From the NCBI GenBank assembly GCA_965219535.1, contig CBDCNV010000002.1, positions 1,410,001-1,442,000 on the forward strand: a DNA stretch of 32,000 nt. Reading direction: 5' to 3'. The stretch is from Opitutales bacterium. GTDB taxonomy: Bacteria; Verrucomicrobiota; Verrucomicrobiia; Opitutales; PNEW01. This document shows positions 29,167 through 32,000 of this stretch, piece after piece; positions within the stretch are counted from its first letter, which is position 1; the number at the start of each line of letters is the position of its first letter. The notes under the pieces were generated by a model, which was given only the letters and a program-made list of their open reading frames with translations, did not search any database and had not been told where the DNA came from. Position numbers and translations under genes: made by a program.

Positions 29167-31167
29167 ATGAAAAACAAACTCAAGTGGGGTATCCTCGGAC
29201 CGGGGAGGATCGCAGATAAATTTGCTATTGGCGTGCGGGAATCTGCGCACAGTGAACTCATCGCGGTGGGAAGTCGCTCGCGCAAGCGGGCTGATAGTTT
29301 CGGAGATGCGCATGAGATTCCGAACCGCTACGGTTCCTATGAGAAACTCTTGGAGGACTCTGACGTCCATGCTGTATATATCGCTACGCCGCATCCTCTT
29401 CATGCCCTGTGGGCGATTCGAGCTGCGGAAGCGGGAAAACACATCCTCTGCGAAAAACCGATCGCAATCAACCACGCCGAGGCGATGGCCATCGTGGAGG
29501 CGGCATACAGGGGCGGTGTCTTTCTCATGGAGGCCTTCATGTATCGCTGCGCCCCTCAGACCGAGCGCATCGTCGAGCTGATTCAGGAAGGTGCGATTGG
29601 TGAGGTTCAAATGATCAAGGCGTCGTTTGGCTTTCATAGCCCCTACAATCTTGAGAGTCGAATTTTGAATAGAAATCTTGGAGGCGGGGGGATCCTGGAC
29701 ATAGGCTGTTACGCCGTGTCGATGGCTCGCCTGATCGCTGGTGTAGCTCGCGGGAAGGCTTTCGCCAACCCGATTAAGGTTGAAGCGTCGGGAAAGCTGG
29801 GTGACGAATCGAAGGTCGATGAGTATGCTGCCGCTCTCCTTACTTTCCCTGAAGACTTCATTGCCCAGGTGTCTACGAGTGTTCAGTTGAGTCAGGAGAA
29901 CACGGCGCAGATATTCGGGACGGAAGGGAACATACTCGTTCCCAATCCATGGACGGCAGCAAGCGGTGGCGGCCGTTGGTCCTTTACAGTCACGCGAACT
30001 TCAGGCGACGGTCCCGAGACGATTGAAGGCGACACTCCGAATTTGTACGGACTTGAAGCGGACAAAGTGGCCGAGGGTGTAGGGGCGGCGAAGAGGGAAT
30101 CACCCGCCATGAGCTGGGAAGATTCACTTGGGAACATGGAGACCCTGGACAGGTGGCGAGAAGCTATTGGTCTGGACTATCCGAAAGAAAGAATAACCTC
30201 CAAACGGCCCACCATTCACGGTCGGCCACTGAAAAAACTAACGGGCGCGCCCCTTACCTACGGACGGGTCGAAGGTATTGATAAACCCATATCCCGCCTC
30301 GTCATGGGAGTGGATAACCAGGAGAACCTGTCCCACGCCTCCATCATGTTTGATGATTTCATCGAACAGGGCGGCAACTGTTTCGACACCGCCTATATCT
30401 ACGGTCGCGGCATGCGGGAAAAGCTGCTCGGTCAGTGGATGAGAAATCGCGGCATCCGCGAAGATATCGTTCTTATCGTCAAGGGCTCACACAGTCCTCT
30501 TAACTTTCCGGAGTACGCCACAAAACAACTCTTCGAGAGCCTGGAGCACCTGCAGACCGACTACGCGGACATCTATTTTCTGCACCGGGACAATCTGGAT
30601 CTTCCTGCGGGGGATTTCGTCGAGGTTCTCAACGAACACTATCGAGCCGGACGCATTAAGGCATTTGGTGGATCCAACTGGACGACCGAACGCATCGACG
30701 AAGCCAACGCTTACGCCGATGAACATGGACTACAGCGGTTCACGGTGTGGAGCAACAACTTCAGCCTGGCGCGTATGGTCAATCCAGTCTGGGCCGGCTG
30801 CATTGCAGCTTCCGACTCGAAATCCCGGAAATGGTTAGAGAAGAATCAAATGCCACTCTTCCCCTGGTCGAGTCAGGCGCGTGGCTTCTTTACAGATCGC
30901 GCAGGGCCCGATAAACGGGACGACGAGCTCTTGGTCAGCAGTTGGTATTCAAAGGATAACTTTAAAAGACGCGAAAGAGCGATCGAGCTCGCTGAGAAAA
31001 AAGGCGTCCTCCCCATCAACATCGCGCTGGCCTACGTCCTCTGTCAGCCTTTCCCCACCTTCCCACTCTTCGGTCCGCGCGTCCTCAGTGAAACCCGCAC
31101 CTCCATCCCCGCCGTAAATATCTCCCTTACCCCCGAGGAACTCCAGTATCTAAATCTGGAAGCGTAA
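29167..31167 (+). CDS. Fusion protein: Gfo/Idh/MocA oxidoreductase (N-terminal half) + aldo-keto reductase (C-terminal half)
   Basis: 666-aa ORF. The N-terminal half has KWGILGPGRIADKF and the EKP motif (ILCEKPIA). The C-terminal half has AKR segments CFDTAYIYGRGMREKLLGQWM, IVLIVKG, DIYFLHRD and GGSNW. Confidence 0.85.
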   Translation: MKNKLKWGILGPGRIADKFAIGVRESAHSELIAVGSRSRKRADSFGDAHEIPNRYGSYEKLLEDSDVHAVYIATPHPLHALWAIRAAEAGKHILCEKPIAINHAEAMAIVEAAYRGGVFLMEAFMYRCAPQTERIVELIQEGAIGEVQMIKASFGFHSPYNLESRILNRNLGGGGILDIGCYAVSMARLIAGVARGKAFANPIKVEASGKLGDESKVDEYAAALLTFPEDFIAQVSTSVQLSQENTAQIFGTEGNILVPNPWTAASGGGRWSFTVTRTSGDGPETIEGDTPNLYGLEADKVAEGVGAAKRESPAMSWEDSLGNMETLDRWREAIGLDYPKERITSKRPTIHGRPLKKLTGAPLTYGRVEGIDKPISRLVMGVDNQENLSHASIMFDDFIEQGGNCFDTAYIYGRGMREKLLGQWMRNRGIREDIVLIVKGSHSPLNFPEYATKQLFESLEHLQTDYADIYFLHRDNLDLPAGDFVEVLNEHYRAGRIKAFGGSNWTTERIDEANAYADEHGLQRFTVWSNNFSLARMVNPVWAGCIAASDSKSRKWLEKNQMPLFPWSSQARGFFTDRAGPDKRDDELLVSSWYSKDNFKRRERAIELAEKKGVLPINIALAYVLCQPFPTFPLFGPRVLSETRTSIPAVNISLTPEELQYLNLEA

Positions 31168-31171
31168 GAGA

Positions 31172-31209
31172 GTGAACAGCCGTCGTCGCTTCGCTATGAC
31201 GTGCCAAGG
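31172..31209 (+). repeat. J module copy 2
   Basis: GTGAACAGCCGTCGTCGCTTCGCTATGACGTGCCAAGG. Confidence 0.75.
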
Positions 31210-31270
31210 TGAACAGTGAAAGAGCGCTTATGCGCGTGTTAAGTTTTAGGTGTTAAGTGTTAGGTTAGGG
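31209..31270 (+). repeat. Composite A-H-D module copy 3 (abuts IS copy 2)
   Basis: GTGAACAGTGAAAGAGCGCTTATGCGCGTGTTAAGTTTTAGGTGTTAAGTGTTAGGTTAGGG. Confidence 0.85.
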
Positions 31271-31272
31271 TC

Positions 31273-32000
31273 GGTACAACCAGGACATGGTTTACAGATT
31301 TAGATCAAGACATGGTTTACACTTTGTGAGGGATGCTGAACGGTAATCGGGTTATATAGTTAAGTTAATGTTATGCGGTTTTAGAGGTTTGGCTGGCATT
31401 GTTGGGGCCGCAAGCGGCCCCAATGAAAGCAGCCGTTGAAAGGTCAATCTGACCGATTCTGAGAGTGGCAAAGTAAACATCGAAGTGTACCGTGTCTAGT
31501 GGTTTTAGTCCAACGCTCCAACCGGCGAGGGCGGTGGAGATAGGAATCTGGAAGCCATCGAGTTTGATAGACCCGCTTTTTGAGACCCGGCGAGTCATCA
31601 AATCATAGCTGATATCGGCAGGAGTGCCACCGTAAGGATGAGAGCTGTGCTGATAGATTTCAGAGGGCGTGCTCATGGCAAGAGCCGCATGGGGGCGTTC
31701 TTCATTGAAGGTCTTGCGCCACAGATCGAAGGCCACCTGTTGGGTGCGAAGATCGTCCTGGGCATGTTTTTGCAACTCCTCTTTGATATCGCGATGGAGA
31801 CGCTCATGGGCACCGTTATCCTGGGGTTTACCCGGACGTCCACGCTCGAGATTGATCCCTAAGGCCAGCCACCAGGCCGCCAGTTTGCTCAGGCCCAGGA
31901 CCGCATTGGCACTGGCAAAGGGACTGCCGTTGTCGCTGCGGATGCAAGCGGGAAGTCCATAGCGTTCAAAGAGTTTTGTGAAGCATTCACGCACCGCTTC
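31273..32000 (-). mobile_element. IS481-like insertion sequence, second copy (truncated by window end)
   Basis: 31273..32000 appears identical to 11767..12494 (offset 19506), in the same orientation. The left flank differs (GTTAGGGTC vs GGTTCAG). Confidence 0.9.
31371..32000 (-). CDS. IS481-family-like transposase, C-terminal part (runs off window)
   Basis: The translation of 31371..31994 is identical to the C-terminal 206 residues of the 11865..13055 product. Confidence 0.9.
   Translation of the reverse strand, partial: EAVRECFTKLFERYGLPACIRSDNGSPFASANAVLGLSKLAAWWLALGINLERGRPGKPQDNGAHERLHRDIKEELQKHAQDDLRTQQVAFDLWRKTFNEERPHAALAMSTPSEIYQHSSHPYGGTPADISYDLMTRRVSKSGSIKLDGFQIPISTALAGWSVGLKPLDTVHFDVYFATLRIGQIDLSTAAFIGAACGPNNASQTSKTA

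Overview
This 32-kb window comes from an unidentified bacterium. The gene content (many PhyH-family dioxygenases, Gfo/Idh/MocA oxidoreductases, TIM-barrel sugar isomerases) resembles uncultured marine or host-associated heterotrophs, but I cannot assign a taxon from sequence alone. I call 21 intact protein genes, one frameshifted paralogue and two identical copies of an IS481-like insertion sequence (the second is cut by the window end). I saw no rRNA, tRNA or CRISPR array. Coding content is accessory catabolism and transport: four PhyH-family Fe(II)/2-oxoglutarate oxygenases, a cupin, two Gfo/Idh/MocA oxidoreductases (one fused to an aldo-keto reductase), an SDR, an enolase-superfamily dehydratase, a HIBADH-like dehydrogenase, a TIM-barrel isomerase, an RraA-like protein, an MlrC-like M81 peptidase, a transglutaminase-like protein, a secreted beta-propeller-like protein, a His/Glu-rich repeat lipoprotein, a tetR-osmC pair with two matching palindromic operators, an orphan adenylate-kinase-like gene, and a tandem pair of unusual fused solute-binding-protein/permease ABC genes with no ATPase nearby. 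The most unusual signal is non-coding. The roughly 5 kb of intergenic DNA is built almost entirely from about 15 reusable repeat modules. These are several different 7-8-nt tandem arrays (GTGAACA, GTCAAAAG, GTCGAAR, GTKTTAR, CAGGGTT), GC hairpins, GATATC-rich hairpins and longer modules. The most frequent module is a 26-29-nt hairpin element (GTACCGA-stem/loop-GACATCTTCCA) present in 16 copies. Its stems differ between copies while keeping base pairing, paralogous loci show filled versus empty sites, and inverted copies form the ends of a roughly 170-190-bp MITE-like element that brackets the AT-rich tetR-osmC cassette. I do not recognise this repeat system as a described family. It is my best candidate for something new here, but mobility and function are inferences that need genome-wide and experimental tests.
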